From IMG/VR virus record IMGVR_UViG_3300009103_000001, positions 146,158 to 210,157 of that record: a DNA stretch of 64,000 nucleotides, one strand, 5' to 3'. The position numbers and the translations under genes are program-made. The notes under the pieces were generated by a model, which saw nothing but the letters and a program-made list of their open reading frames with translations, was not told the origin of the DNA and searched no databases. Every line of letters begins with the position of its first letter. Position 1 is the first letter of the stretch. Of the stretch, positions 63,885 through 64,000 are shown in pieces.

Positions 63885-64000
63885 ATGACTTACCAGACAA
63901 GAATATCAGCACTAAAAATAGGTGGTAAAACAGTAGAACAGGAACAGGATGAAGTTGATGTAAATAATCCTAAAGCTGATGCTGCTATAGGGGATTTAAA
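63885..64000 (+). CDS. Start of next ORF, runs off the right edge (3' end missing)
   Basis: ATG 4 nt after the hub stop; MTYQTRISALKIGGKTVEQEQDEVDVNNPKADAAIGDL is open to the window edge. Confidence 0.6.
   Translation, partial: MTYQTRISALKIGGKTVEQEQDEVDVNNPKADAAIGDL

Noticed and set aside
1-64000. Alternative genetic code (stop reassignment)
   Set aside because: Long intact ORFs under code 11. TAG (24590, 46956, 49092) and TGA (39957, 42102) end genes at sensible, tightly packed positions.
1-64000. tRNA, rRNA or other structured RNA genes
   Set aside because: Intergenic gaps are short and AT-rich, and no cloverleaf or conserved RNA motif was recognised by eye. tRNAscan-SE/Infernal would be needed to exclude them fully.

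Overview
AT-rich segment (roughly 70% AT by eye) of a large contractile-tailed dsDNA phage genome, standard code 11 (TAA, TAG and TGA all act as stops). The host is probably a Bacteroidota bacterium: three exact TTTG-N20-TAnnTTTG promoters, a T9SS type-B sorting-domain gene and a Bacteroidota-style ClpP point that way. Left arm (1-10.5 kb, mostly minus strand): partial glycosyltransferase, hypothetical proteins, a stand-alone WYL protein, family-B DNA polymerase, DHH phosphoesterase, T9SS-CTD protein, DUF3310, a receiver-like protein and an SNF2 helicase. From 10.6 to 32 kb: neck/tail-completion genes and about 20 kb of fibre/adhesin genes, including about 13 LamG modules joined by conserved linkers. 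From 32 to 34.5 kb: a SET + SAM-methyltransferase + patatin operon, then an unannotated RHH gene beside a perfect 30-bp palindrome. From 34.5 to 64 kb: tail sheath, a 9-kb insert of probable head-cargo genes and ClpP, tail tube, a GC-richer peptidase moron, a tail-chaperone pair with a T7 slippery site, tape measure, a tube-initiator with an inserted OmpA-like domain, a LysM-like protein and a baseplate hub ending in a Hint domain. Top leads: (1) a family of proteins, including enzymes, with a shared hydrophobic-x-E leader resembling T4 capsid-targeting/prohead-protease signals; (2) a splicing-incompetent Hint domain capping the hub; (3) a probable +1/-2 frameshift in the chaperone pair; (4) a stand-alone T9SS sorting domain; (5) the LamG cassette array; (6) the RHH/palindrome pair. 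All family calls come from motif reading, not database searches.
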